Part shown: one piece after another, positions 40,156-53,700 of the stretch
How positions within the stretch are numbered: the stretch's first letter is position 1
Layout: each line of letters begins with the position of its first letter
Notes under the pieces: generated by a model
Database searches by the model: none
What the model was told of the DNA's origin: nothing
What the model saw: the letters and a program-made list of their open reading frames with translations, nothing else
Made by a program: the position numbers and the translations under genes
Source of the DNA: Ctenodactylus gundi
Taxonomy: Eukaryota
DNA length: 64,000 nucleotides
Reading direction: 5' to 3'
Assembly: GCA_048771875.1 (NCBI GenBank)
Contig: CM109709.1
Coordinates: 44,324,541 to 44,388,540, forward strand

Positions 40156-42724
40156 GAAATGAAATGTTTTTTTTTCTTTTTTGTGAAGCTTGGGATAAGG
40201 CTGGAGCACAGGCTAAGACTGGCACACAAACAGCTCTGTGATTGCCCATCTTGGGTGACTCTCAGAAGAGCTGTTAAGAACTGAAGTGAGGTGGCTATGT
40301 GAGCAGCAAAGGCGAAATGAAAAAAGGTGTTAAAGCCGCGGTTGCCACTTCTTTATGATTCTCTTCGTTGCGTTCTGTGCTCCCTACTCATTCTGTAAAC
40401 ACGGTCTCCTTCCAACAGCGGAGTCGCCAGTATCCCTCTGCCTGGTGCAGCTGCCCCGCTGCTGGCCAGATTCCTTCCTGCCACCCAGCCACTCATACTC
40501 CTGTCCTCTGGAGCACCTACTCTCCTCCTCCTGCTTCCTCTCTGGGCTCCAGGCTATCATGTTCTCCTGGTCAGACCTCCCGTGACTCCCGTGGTCCTTT
40601 GTTGGCTCCCCAGGAGGCTTCTGCTCATCAATTTATAATCAGCTGCCTGGAGTGTTTGGAAACCACACTACCTTCCCAGGCATGGGTGCCTTTTGAGAAG
40701 AGACAGTGCTGCTGGGTGCAGACGGGTACTGAGACCCTGTCCCCAAAATAAAACCAGAAGGGCCGGCCCTCAGTGGTGGAGATCCATTCCCAGGGTCCAT
40801 CCTTAGGGTTACAAAAAACAACAACAACAAAAAGACAACGCTATAGATGAGCCTCGACTACTAGTGGCCTTTTGGTTGTTAGTAATATAACATGAGAGAT
40901 TTTGGACAGAGGCTTTCAGACCTTTTGTTTGATAACTGACATACTTAGCTGAGCTCAGCCCAGAGGAAGAGCCCCTGGAGTGCCACTGCTGTCACTGCTC
41001 TTCACAAGTTCTTTGTACATCTGCTTACCCCCTAAAACACCCTAGACCATTAGGCCAAATGCCAGAGTCTTTTGTCCCTGAGAGTTAGTTTAAAGGGAAT
41101 TACTGTGCCTCCTTTTGATATATACATAACTGTGGCTTGTTCACTTAATGAGAGCTTATAGACATTTTAATCATTATTAAATATTTCTTTGTATAACACT
41201 TAGCTAATAAAATGGTAAATCGAGTATATATAGATGGTCCTTCCTTTCAAGTGGCCTGTAATAAGATTTATGAAGCATCTGTTTTATAAGGTTTGTGTGA
41301 AATACATACAAGTTGGTGGCTTTATTCTTTTGAGTGCTGGAAATCAAACCTAAGAAGTACACTCATAGCTCCTGAGCTTAGTCTTGAAAGGGGAAGGGGA
41401 AGAAGTAGATTTCATGTTAGGACTAACCAAACAGTGGACCTTGGAAGAGTGTTGACACTTGAGCAGGCCATTGTCACAACTGGTGACTAGGCCAGGGCAT
41501 CAAGTGCTCTTGTGGGACACGTGCAGAGGTAATTGGAGGTCAGAGGAGGGTATGGGGCTACCCCTGCCCTAACTCTTGGTCAAACTGAACAGGAACCAGA
41601 ATGGTGCCACTTGAGACATACATCCTGGAGATACCAGAGAAGGATATTAAGGGTATTTTTAGATTTTATAAATGGGTTTTCTAAACTTTTAGGTACTTAG
41701 GAAGACATAAGTTGTCTTCAGTAAATTTTTTTTTAAACAAAGACAGGAGGATTGCAATTCAAGGCCAGTGTAGTACACTTAGCAATTTAGTGAGACTATC
41801 TCAAAAAAAAAGAAAAGCTGGAGAGGTAGCTCAGTACCAATGCCTTAGTTTCAATCCTCAGTACTGCAAACAATAACAAAATGAATTTATATTTAGATAA
41901 GATTTATATACCATAAAATTTATTTATTTACAGAGTATAATATTTAGTATACTCACAGGTAAATGCAATTATCTCCAGCCAATTTTAGAACATTTTATCA
42001 CATTAAGAGGAAACCATACCCACTTCAACTCTACCCATCTCCAGTGCAGTGGTAGTGCCAAACCACTAATCTATTTTTTGACTATAGATTTAACTATTTT
42101 GCACTCTGATATGAACATAATTACATGAGGAATCATGTAGACATTTATGCCTGGATCCTTCACTTTGCATAATGTTTTCAAGGTTTCTTCAAGTTCTGTC
42201 AAGTATGGGTACTAATTTTTTTATGGACAGATTCTTTGTTGATACAATACTTTGTGAAACATCTTTAATTTTAAAGTGTTGACCAACCAAGCCCAATCTG
42301 TATCTGTGTAGCCGAACATGACAATATTGGCTCAAGTCAAGGGAACTAGGTGTAGAAGGGCTCCCTAGATAAAAGAACTTATTGGAAAAATCTAGCGAGG
42401 AGCCCATTCCTTTCTAGGGGGGCCTTTGGGGTGTCTGCAGAATGGATTGATTTTCTGAGTCTCATAGTAGGTGTCAAAACACACACTCAGGTCAGGCTTT
42501 CTTCCCTGCTCCTGCCGTGATCAACTTTATCAGCATCAATAAGTGTTTGTTGACCATAGACTATGCATAGAGCACTGTCCTAAAAATGATCATAAGTCAG
42601 TAAAGACCCGGTACATACAATCTATGTGGGAGAGAGATTATATGCCTAGAGAGACAAAGTTGAGTCAGCTAGCCATACCTAGAAGCTGCTAATGACTACG
42701 TCTAGTCTTTTTATATGTAGTATT

Positions 42725-42960
42725 GTCATTCTTGGGATTGGAGGAATGACGCAGAGGTTAAAGCATTTGCCTAGCAAGCTCAAAGCCCTGGGTTTGATTC
42801 CCCAGTACCCCATAAGCTGGGCAAGGAGGCACATACCTGTAATCCCAGCACATGAGAGGCTGAAGCAGGAAGATTGCCATGAGTCCAAGGCTAGCCTGGA
42901 CTCCATAATGAGTTCAGGACCAGCCTGGGCTACAAAGTGAGACCCTGTCTTAAAAAAAAA
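42725..42960 (+). mobile_element. Dimeric B1/ID-type SINE, sense
   Basis: ttggaggaatgacgcagaggttaaagcatttgcctagcaagc...cctgtaatcccagcacatgagaggctgaagcagg...gagaccctgtcttaaaaaaaaa. Confidence 0.7.
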
Positions 42961-45640
42961 AATTGTCATTCTTTATAGTTGACTTTCTCCACTGAACTGC
43001 AAGCAGACAGCATAATTGAAGAAACCACAATAATACGCAAACAGGTAGCATATGTTAAATGTTAGAGACCATCCATGTTACAGGAATTCAAAAGAGGATC
43101 AACACTTATGGGAGCTGGGGTTGAGGGTCATGGAAAAGGATTAATGAGACTTAAATCAAGCCTTACAGGATGCGTAGATGGTGAGGATGTGGCAGATGGT
43201 ATCCCATGAGGAAAATCCAGGGATGTTTAGCACTTCACAGATTGCAATGGTTAAACTGAAGAAAAGTAGGAGAAGGCGAAAGAGAAAGGGAAGAGGGACT
43301 AGACTATTTAGGGACTGTGGTTCCAGGCTGAGGCATAGAACCTTACTTTTTAGGCTAGATGGGCAGCCATTGAGAAGTTCAAACTAAGGACCAAAAGGTA
43401 AAAATTGCACTGTCTTATTTTGATGACTACACACCTAACTAAGAGCTAAGAGGCTGTTTGGATGATAGCATTACTTTCACCAGATCTCTATAGAATGATA
43501 TTTTTGTTGGTGTTAATTACTTTTTAAAATCAGGTTGTACTCTTTTTGTACTGTCTTTAAGAATAAGCTGTTAAGAGGTGGGGCATAGCTCAGCAGTAGA
43601 GTGCTGGTCTGCCAGGTACAAAGCCTTGGTTTTGGCTTCCAGGGCCCCTCAATAAAACTGTCATAAAATAAAATGTAAAGCAGAAGTACAAATAATTTGA
43701 AGTAGCTTAGAAATGAAAATACACACTGGAGGCATCATGACCATCACAGAATAATTTTTAGAATTGGTGTTATCTGAGTAAAATTCCTGCCTCTGGCCTC
43801 ACCCAATGACAAATACCACCACTACAGTGTATGTAAGAAATCTGCTTGCACAAGACTGCTTTGCACTGGCCAGTGGGGCAGGGCCTTCATGAGTTGTGTT
43901 TCACCAGGTCACAGCTCTGCTCCCGTCCTGTCTGTAAGGAACAGGAAGTTATGAAAGATAAGCTTTGCCCTCAGATGACAGGTCTGCCCCTAAGTGTGCA
44001 TATAGTCTTGACTCGCCTATGAAAATGTAAACTGGTAAACCCAACACTCTGGGATGCTGAGGCAGGAGGATTACAAGTTCACGACCAGCCTGGGCAATTT
44101 AGTAATTCAGTAAGATCATCTTAAAATAAAAATAAAAAGTGGGATGGGCTGTATATCAGTGTGAGGCCCTGGGTTCAATCCCAGTACAAAAAAATAAAAT
44201 TGCAGAGAGCCAGCGGTCTAAGAGCATCAGGGAGAGGAAGGGAGAAAGTGGGGAAGAAGAAGGGAAAATTTCTTCTCCAACCACTATCAGCTAATCCACA
44301 GACATTATTTTATTAGTAGTAATTTTCTGAGACAGGGTCGTGCTCTGTAGTCCAGGCTGGTCCTGAATTCACTACGTTGCCCAGGCTGGCCTCAAACTCA
44401 TAGCAATCCTCCTGAGTAGCCTTCAAGTTCTGGCTGTGATTGCAGGTGTGCTCTACCACACCCACTTATTATGTGCTGCTGAGGGATCAAACTGGGACCT
44501 GGAACTTCCTAGGCAAGTGTTCTAATCACTGAACTATGTCCCCAGGCCCTAGGCAGTATTTCTTAAGCCAGCTACTTTGCAGCATGCAGATTTTTCTCTT
44601 ACTCTGTATTTTTTCACCCAAGTATTATTTATGTAATGTTTCAGATAATATTTATCTAAATTTTTAGTACTCAAAATAACATGCCCCTATTTTTAAAAGA
44701 AAAGAAAATACCACACTCAAGAAAAACGAATGGCTTTCTTTTTACTTTAAAAATGTGAGTGGTTAACATCACAGTTAAAAAAAAACAACTAAGCAACATA
44801 AAATGTAGACACTGAAGTCTTCTATCCTAACCCCAACACTGGTCTTCCCTTCCCTACCCCTTGGTAACCACTTTGATTACTTCGTTTTACATTCCTCCAA
44901 GATTTACATGAATACAGATTTTTATTTTTTCTTCTCATGTATGTCATCTATACTATCCTGTGTCTTGTTATTTTATTTGTATTTAATATATTTTATTGAT
45001 GATTTCTCCTGAGTAACTTGGTGTGCTTCCTTGTTGATTAGATCAGGGCTGCCAAAGATACAAGTCTGTTCCTTCAAACATTTTAGAAGCAATTTTTGTT
45101 TTGCTTCTTAGTGTTTTTCCAGTGTGTGTGTGCTGGTTATCAAGAGGAATGGAAACAGAAAGCTACCACCACCTGCTTCCCATTAAAACTAACTGTCAGG
45201 AAGGGCGCTGCCCCTGTTATTGCACTGTGCCCTCCACCTAAATTCAATTTGGCTGACATTGGTGTTGCCTTTTCCCCTGTGAAAAAGGCCTCTTCTTTCA
45301 CCATGTTTTATTTCTAAGGGCTATTTCTTGAACACTGGCTGTCTGCCTGGTTTTTCTATTACTCTAACTTTGGAATTCAATAAAAATAAAAGTTTTCCTG
45401 TTTTTCATCTTTTTGCCTGATTTTTTGTTTTGGTCTAACTTAGAATTGGTATTTTTTTCCCCAGGATTTATCTGCCTTTCTTCCCTTGTTTTTAGGTCGG
45501 AGAGCCCTTCCTCCTCATTCGGCTTTTCACTTTCGCGTCCATCATTCCTTCTGAAAAGGTCGTTTTCTCAAACTTGCCAATTTCTTTTATTTTTCTTTTT
45601 TCTTGTTATCCTGCTCTTTTTTTCTATACACTTTTGTGTG

Positions 45641-45648
45641 TGTGTGTA

Positions 45649-45700
<52 letters not shown>
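45641..45700. repeat. (TG)n microsatellite
   Basis: tgtgtgtg... run ending gcgcgcgcc. Confidence 0.9.
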
Positions 45701-45702
<2 letters not shown>

Positions 45703-47489
45703 CCAGTTTGCTTATTAGCTATTTGATTTCGGCCTGAGACTTTTCTTTTCCTGTTTTATTCTGGACTGTTTCTACCTGAGTCCTGCTATAGTTTGAAATA
45801 AAAGATTAGCAGAAATATAGTACTACTTTATGTGTAGCCTGATCGGGCCTAGTTCTGTCAAATGTTCTTTTTACCTCGCAGAGGTAGTTTCTCATCAATT
45901 CCTGCTCACAATGTCAATCCCCTTTGCTTTGCCAAAATAATACACAGCAATCACTGTTGTTACTGTCCCACCAACTCCGTTCAACAAAGTAAGAAAATAA
46001 TTTTACAGCCATTAAGATAAAGATGATCAAGGTTGGCACAGTGGTTGGTTTTAATATTGTTAACTTGGCAGTGGGGGTGTTCTTACTCCTAATATCAGAG
46101 ATAAGATGTCAGGAAGAGCAGGAAGCACATGAAATGCCAGATTGTGAGTGTAACTGTCTGAAAGTTCTTGGGCAGGTGGTCGTCAGGTTTCCAAGAATGC
46201 CAACTCCTTTTCTCTGCTCACGAATGGATAAGAACCACTGTTATTAACTACGTTATTTATTTTGTTTAAAGTATTATTTGCTATGTTAAGAGTAATTTAA
46301 AAATTTTTCTCCTAACCTGCCATTCTTATTAGCTGTCTACCTTCAAACTATTTTCTGTTTACTGATTCTTCACTGCAGGGTAATCCAATTCACAGTAGGA
46401 AGAGCTTCATAAAAATAATTTGTTGAATTGCATTCCTGAGATGTTGAAGCAGGAGGTCAATGAATAATTGACTAGGCTGTGAAGTTTTGACCTTAGAATT
46501 GCTAGAATTCTTGTCAAATCGTGTCATCTAAAGCACTGGGGTTTGTGTGCACAGCTTGAATAACAACAGCACGGGTCCTTCACACTGATACAGAAGGTGC
46601 TGCGACGTTACACCATACACACATGTCACAATGGTTACAAATCCACGCGTGCACTTCTGCTTGATCCACTTCAGGGTGGGACCCGAGGAGCTGGGTGCTT
46701 GGGCCTGGAAAAACAGGGACAGTAACCAGGATTCAAGACAAATAGACGCAACCTACTGCTACCTTAGTCAGGGAGGACCAACTTTCTAGCTTAGCAATTG
46801 AGGAACCTTCAACCTTGCAGAAATTTGCTTAGTTGTTCTCATCCGTGGGTGATCCTTTGTGCAGGAAAAATATCTGATTTGTAAATTGAGGTGTGCTAGT
46901 GAGTGCCCACCTTAATGACCTGGGGGTTTTGCTTTTGTTTGTTTGCGTTCATCTTGACTTAGGCATTTTTTGTTTTGTGTGCATTTCAGATATGGTTGTT
47001 GGCAATCCTTGAGTTTGCCCAGGTGTTGAAATGTAAAAGAATGAAAAAAATAAAAGAAAACAAAGAAAGAAAGGAAGAAAGAAAAAAGAAAAGAGGGAGA
47101 CTATAAGTTAGGTTTTACAATTCAGGAATCTTCAGGAAAACCACACACATCTAAAACTGAGCTTGAGCTATTCGACCCATTGTGGTTATCTCCTTCTTAT
47201 GAAAAACTTTTTGGCAAGTTTGCTCATTTAATTATTTATTTATGAGACTACAAATAGGAAAATGAAGTGGTGGTGATTCATAAATATAATAGCACCATTT
47301 CTCCAAAATGTAAAATTATCAGTACCAGCTGAGATTTGAATTAAGACAAATCAGTACTGGGTAACTAATTAGCTACCATTTTCAATATTAAACCATCCTA
47401 AACTCCCAATCTACGAGAGAAGGTGGGGCTAAAAACCCACAGCTCCAGCTTTGGGGACCAAAATGCAGGCTTCGAGAAGTGTAGAATAT

Positions 47490-47700
47490 GGGGTTGAAAG
47501 AACAGCACAGCGGTTAAAGCACTTGACTAGCAAGCACAAGGCCCTAGGTTTGGTTCCCCTGCACCACATAAACTGTCTGTGGTGGTGCATGCCTGCAATC
47601 CCAGCACTTGGGAGGCTGAGGTGGGAGGATTGCCAGGAGTTTGAGGTCAGCCTGGACTCCATAGTGCTTTCAGGACCAGCCTTTGTCAGCAATCTTTACT
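47490..47700 (+). mobile_element. Dimeric B1/ID-type SINE, sense
   Basis: agaacagcacagcggttaaagcacttgactagcaagcac...cctgcaatcccagcacttgggaggctgaggtgggagg. Confidence 0.65.
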
Positions 47701-50700
47701 TCGCGGCTCACGCTTAGTGTCGAAGACTTTCATGCTCACAGGGCATTGTCCAGAGTTCCTCGTTGTGGGTTCCTCCAAGAAATCATCTCTATATCACCAT
47801 ACGTTTTTCTGTCTACAAAGGAACTTCCAAGAGTCCAACAGACCTGAGTTCAACTACTGACTTGTTTACTAGATGTATGGGGATCGTGGGTATTTTTGTA
47901 AAACCAGAATGCCCTATTTCTTTGTTTATAAAATGAGGACATAGTGAGGTCTGGACTTATAGAACAAGATCATGTCTCTAATTATTTTTTAAAACAATCT
48001 GTGGGCCACATTACTAGCTGTCCAGTGCTGCACTGAGATAATGTTTATTTATTTATTTATTTATTTATTTATTTTTGAGACGGGATCTCACTCTGCAGCC
48101 CAGGCTGGTCCTGAACACATTATGAAATCCAGGCTGGCCTTGAACTCACAGCAATCCTCCTGTTTTAGCTTCCCAAGTGCTGGGATTACAGGCGTGCACC
48201 ACCCACACCCAGTTTATGTGGTGCTGAGGAATAGAACTCGGGTACTTAGCATTTGACTAGCACTTGCTAGGCAAGTGCTTTAACTGCTCAGCCATTCCTC
48301 CAGCCCTGAGATAATGTAAATATAGGGTAAAAGCAACATTTCTGGCAATCAGGCAGCATTTTATAAACATTAGATTTATCTCTTTGTATCCCCCCTGGGG
48401 CAATGAGTATGTTTGTTATATGATATCATGATATAAACTCAGAGTTCCATGTGTAGTGCCTAAATTTCTCTTTTGAAAGGAATCATAAAGTAGAGGAAGA
48501 ATACTGAAGTAATGTAACTTGAATGGTCAATTCTTATACAGTGTGACCACTTTTTTTAACATGTTCTTGGAAGAAACCTCAAGAATGTTCTGTCATTAAG
48601 GCAATTTTTACTTTTTTGTGTGTGATACTGGAGAGCCAACCCAAGGCTTTCACACGGAGCTACATCCCCAGCACATTTTTTAGTTTTGATTTAGAAACAA
48701 GGTTCCATTAAGTCACTAAATTGCCCAGGTGGGATTCTAACTTGTGGTTTTCCTGCCTCAACCTCCCAGAGTGCTGGGATTAACAGGTCTATGCCATCAG
48801 GCCTGGCTAGTTTTTACCTTGTGTTTACAATAAGGCTGGCACCAAGTGCGCCTGTGGGGACAGGAAGGTGACCTGAAGTGGCACTTTGAGGCCAATGCAA
48901 ATGAGCCCCGCGCATTTTCTCTCCTGCTTCCTCTCTCCTAGGGTCAGGCCAAGGCTCTGGCTCTTGGTGTCCCCTAGAATCACGGTTGAGGGCCTCGAAC
49001 GACAAAAGAAGGCCCAGTGTCTCTCGGAGGACTCCAGGGCTAGGTCCCCCTCCCGCTCTCTGAGCTCCGTGAGCCTTCCTCGCTCACGGTCCTCGTCCCG
49101 CCAGCTTCTCCTCTCCGCTCAGGGTGAACCCGCGCTCCCTCCCTTGGCTCTCCTTCAAAAACGTTTGGTGTTTTGTAGATCCTCTCCGGGAACAGAGGAG
49201 GAAGCCAGAGGCGGAGCCCCGAGCAACTGGAGCTCCTGGCTGCAAAGCTCAGAACTGCCTGACCTTACCAACACACCGCTTCGTTTTTTAAGTGTGTGAT
49301 TTTTCAAGTGGAAAGACGGTACAGCTGATCTCCAAGCGCCCTTCTCACGCAGTCCTAGCAGTCATCAGCATTCGGTCCATCTGGTTTCATTTCTCTTGGT
49401 TTTATTTTATTTCCATGCTTATTGTTGAATATCTTAAAGCTCACCATGAATTTGTTTTTGGTGGAGTCTCCCGCCTTCCTGGCAATAAGGCAGGCGGTCA
49501 GCAGAGGAAGCCCCGCACCCTTCCTCCCTTCCCTTCTCCCTGGCTCTCTCTTGCTGACTTTTGTCAGATCAGGCCTAAGTACTGTTTCCTAGCCGGATCT
49601 GTATTCTGATAACGATGGTTGAATACCTTCCTTATGACACACACTGTCTTTGACACCGAGAGCAAGAAGAAGAAAAATAAGATTAAAAACACAAGTTCCA
49701 CAGCAAAGAGAGAGGGAAAAAAGTAAAAGAGTAATGCTTGCTGCCCCTGTGGGGTTTCCCTAGCACCAGGCTTGCCCACTGCGCGCTGGGTATGCTGACT
49801 CCTGTGATTTCCCCAAATGCGGGAACCTCGACTACGAATGTGCGTTAGTTGGGGACTGTGTTCTCGAATTTCCCCTCGGGAGAAAACTACTGATAGGTTG
49901 GCTTGATCATTTCCACTCGTGCAGCAGGCCTCCGGCTGTTTGCTTTTTCAGTTTAGAACCATAAGAGTATCGACAAGGCCACAGAATGAACTTCCTGCAG
50001 GAACTTTCCTTAAGGAGTCTCTGGTTTGACTTTGAAACGTTTCTTTTATTTGCTCTTGTGTGTTCAGAAAAACCCAGCACAAGAAGCATTTTTTTCTACC
50101 AGATTTCGGTAAATTCCTTCTGTGTGCAGGCCCTCCATTTTCTTAGAGTCTTGGCCAATTTAGAAGACCGTTCTTCCCTCCTGCAGGACCGAGGCCCTAT
50201 GAGTCAGAGGCTTGGGCGGCTTCTCCAAGAAGACTGCAAGTGTTGACTCATTCATTGTACCTGATTGAAGGAGCACTGTTTTCAAAAGTGACATTCTGGT
50301 CAAGACCTTGGTTGTAGAATTGATTTTTTGAAAACCAACTCTGGTAGAAAAGAAAGCAGATATTGCAAATACTATATTGTCATGAAAAGAAAAGAGGTGG
50401 TGAGATTTTCTGAATTCTTGGCTGGGTTGTATGGATCAATGAGAATTAGATATCATTTAAATTTTCTTCTGTTTAGCAAAGCAGAATCTACTCGTTCTAA
50501 GTCATGGAGAGCTTAAGAAGAAAGTGAAACATTTTCACACATGTTCAGAATAGATCACTGAGACGTCAATATCGATGTAGAACTGTAAAACAATATTCTA
50601 GACAAAAAATGACACATTTTGCATGTCAGTTGATTCAGTTCTGTATAATCCATTATTATTCTGTTGGAGCTTGGGTTTACAGTCTCCCGGAGCTGTCTGC

Positions 50701-53700
50701 TTTCTGACTAAATAGAGTTCTTGAAATATTGAGTCAGTCCGTGGGTTTGGCCAAAAATTGTCTAAGTCATGTGAAAACAAAAGTCTGTGTGCATGTGTGT
50801 TTTAAAGTGCGAAAATTTTCAAGTGTCTGGTGCAGTTCCATGAGGTTCTGAGACCGTCCTTTATGGAAGACACAAAATCTGGCATGCAATTTACAGCAGA
50901 TATCTCCGGCAAACATTAGAAAAGACAAGAACTTCCTGTTGGTGACAGCTTTCAAATCTTTGTAGTTAATTACTGATAATTTTCAAATGTGAGGTTTATG
51001 AAAGCTCATAAGAAGAGCAATGTGTGTCAAAAGAAATAACCCACCAGCTGTTCTGTAGATCCTTGAGGAAAAGACTTTACCTGGGTCTTGGCAGGTGGTG
51101 TAGCAGAAGGAATTATGGGTGGGTGTCAGCGGATCAGAGGTCTGATCCTGTTCTGTCACCCATTATTTGTGTGGCCTTAGGCAACTCACTTAGCATCATC
51201 TTTGGGCCTCAAGTTTACTGTAAAAGGGGAGAAATAAATTCTAGGTCTTTGGGCCTGGCAGAGAAGTTGTGAAAGGCACGTAAGGCTGTGTATGTACAAG
51301 CAAGCTAAAATGGAAAGTCATCTCTTTAGATCCCAGAGACCCTAAACAGCATATTTGCATGAGTTGGAAGAAAGATCTTCTCTGCACCAGTTTCTGCATT
51401 TGCTTAGAAGAGCACAGGTGAGGTTTCAGGCTCTACCTATCCCCTTTGCTGGCCACATCTGAGTAGAGTATAACCTGAGAACTGTCTGTAAGAAGAATTA
51501 CACACTGTAACATTAGAAGGCAGAACTCCCTAAGGAGAGTTTTGCTGCATATTTTTACCTGGCCGGGCCCCCTTGTGTGCTGATGAGTCACAGGAAACTG
51601 GTGCTCTGTGCTGCCCAGAACTGAGCATTTTTGGAGCCTAGCAGAGAGCAATATTTAGACAGTGGCTCATTCCAAATAATGTGTCAGGAGCCATATGAAG
51701 TGGCACATACGGGGTAATCTGAGCCTTGGCAGGCCGAGGCAGGAGGACAGCAAATTTGAGGCCCACTAGAGCTACATAGGGAGACCGCATCACAAAGCAA
51801 CAAACAAAAACAACAAATGATGTATCAGTCTTTGAAAAAAAATGCCTCCTTCCATCACACTGGACTTTTTGTATGTGGGGGGTGTGTGAGTGGCAACAAC
51901 CTTGGAAAAGAAGATAGCAGCTTGTTGGAGACCCTCAGCAAGGTCGGATGCCACACTATGCACATATTGTTTAGATCTTTTTCTTCTAATGTTTTCATGT
52001 CTTTTGTCCTAAGAAACTCAGCGACAGAGCTCAAGGCTGAGCTGTAATCTTGTAACTAGTCAACTGATACCAGGCAGTCACAGAGAGCTATACCTGCAGA
52101 ATGAAGGAAATCTCTTGTGTGTGGAACGTAGCAAGACCCCTGCTAAGCAATTCTGCTAGTCAAGGCTTCTCAACCATGCTGCCACATCCACCCTCAGGTA
52201 GCAAACGTGTTGGGTGTCCCTATCCTGAAGTGCAATTTCTGGAGCATAATATATGTATGTATGTAAGCCCGGATAATCCATTCATATTCTGAGCACTCAA
52301 TTGCTTCAACAAGTCAATCCTTTCCTGCATTCTCGAATTTTCCTCTCTACTGGGTCTTTATTATCAACAAACAAGCTATTATTTTTCCCATCTTAAAAAC
52401 AAGCAAAGGAGAGGAGTGTAGCCCAATGATACAGAGTTGCCTAGCATCATGAGGCCATGAATTTGAGCAGCACAGCAAAACAAACACATACAAAAAAAGG
52501 AAAAGGGTAAAAAGAAACACCTTCTCTTGCCTTTCAGTCTCATCTAATCTTGTGACTTTAGATACCTAATCACATGTTCATAATGCTCAAATTGTATACA
52601 TAGTGTCTTGGTTACTTTTTCATTGCTGGGACATAATACCCATCATCCACAACTTAAGGAAGGAAAGATTTATTTAGCTCATGGTTTCAGAAGGTCACAG
52701 TTTGTTCATAAGTGGGTGGATTCATGGCAGCGTTGGAGCCAGAGCCAGAGGTCCTTATGGCATGGCAGAACAGGAAGCCTAGTCAAGCCAAGTTAAGTCC
52801 CAGAAGGAAGACAGGAAGCAGCATATTTCCTTCCTGGTCCCGTCCTACTGATCCACCCCTTCTTGGTCCAGCCTCAGTGTTCTGTCTCTTCCAGGTTTAA
52901 GGCCCCGTCACCTGCCTGCAATCCAGTCCTCACACCTATAATCCACCAAACACCCATAATCCACCAGTCCATACCAGGCCCTCATCTCCCAAGAGCACAT
53001 GGTTCTATAGATAACCCATAATGTTCCTTGTTAGTAAGGCTTTTGGGGAACATTCCAAACCCAAACGACAATATATAGAAAAGTGTGAAGCCAACACACA
53101 GAGCTCTCCCATTCTGTTCACCCAATCTTCCCCAGTGTATGTATGTTACCTGACTGTAGCCCAATACCGAAACCAGAAAAATTGACATTAACATCATATG
53201 TGTGTGGGTGATCTTGTTATTTGTGCTGCCATCAGTCTGTCACAACACAGATCTATTTCATCGCTGCAAAGATCTCCCTTGGACACTCCTTTTAGTTACC
53301 CCACCATCCTAACCACCAGCCACCTATAATTGGCTGTCCATGTTACAGAAATGCAATCCTGCGAAGCATGACACCTTTGTTTTTCCTACTCAGCGTAGCG
53401 CCCTTGAGATCCATCCACACAGCTTGTTGCACATATCAGTCTTGTATCCCTGTTAATTGCTGAATGAAATTATGTGGTGATCATGTACTGGCTTGTTTAA
53501 CTCTTCTCCTAGTGAAGGACATTTGGACTATTTCTCATTTTTGGCCACTATGTTTAAAACTTGCCATTTTACTGATGCCCTGGGTTTTTGTGTGGACATA
53601 CATTTTCATTTCATGTACCTCTAAAGCACAATTGCTAGGTTATAGAATAAGCAAATTTGGTATTTTAAAAATCTATAATGATAGTGCAGCCTTGGATAAG

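Noticed and set aside
46600-46900. Unique segment with vague resemblance to a retroelement 5' region (tgggacccgaggagctgggtgcttgggcc...)
   Set aside because: I could not assign it to any family from memory with confidence, and no ORF or LTR boundaries are visible. It is left unannotated rather than guessed.
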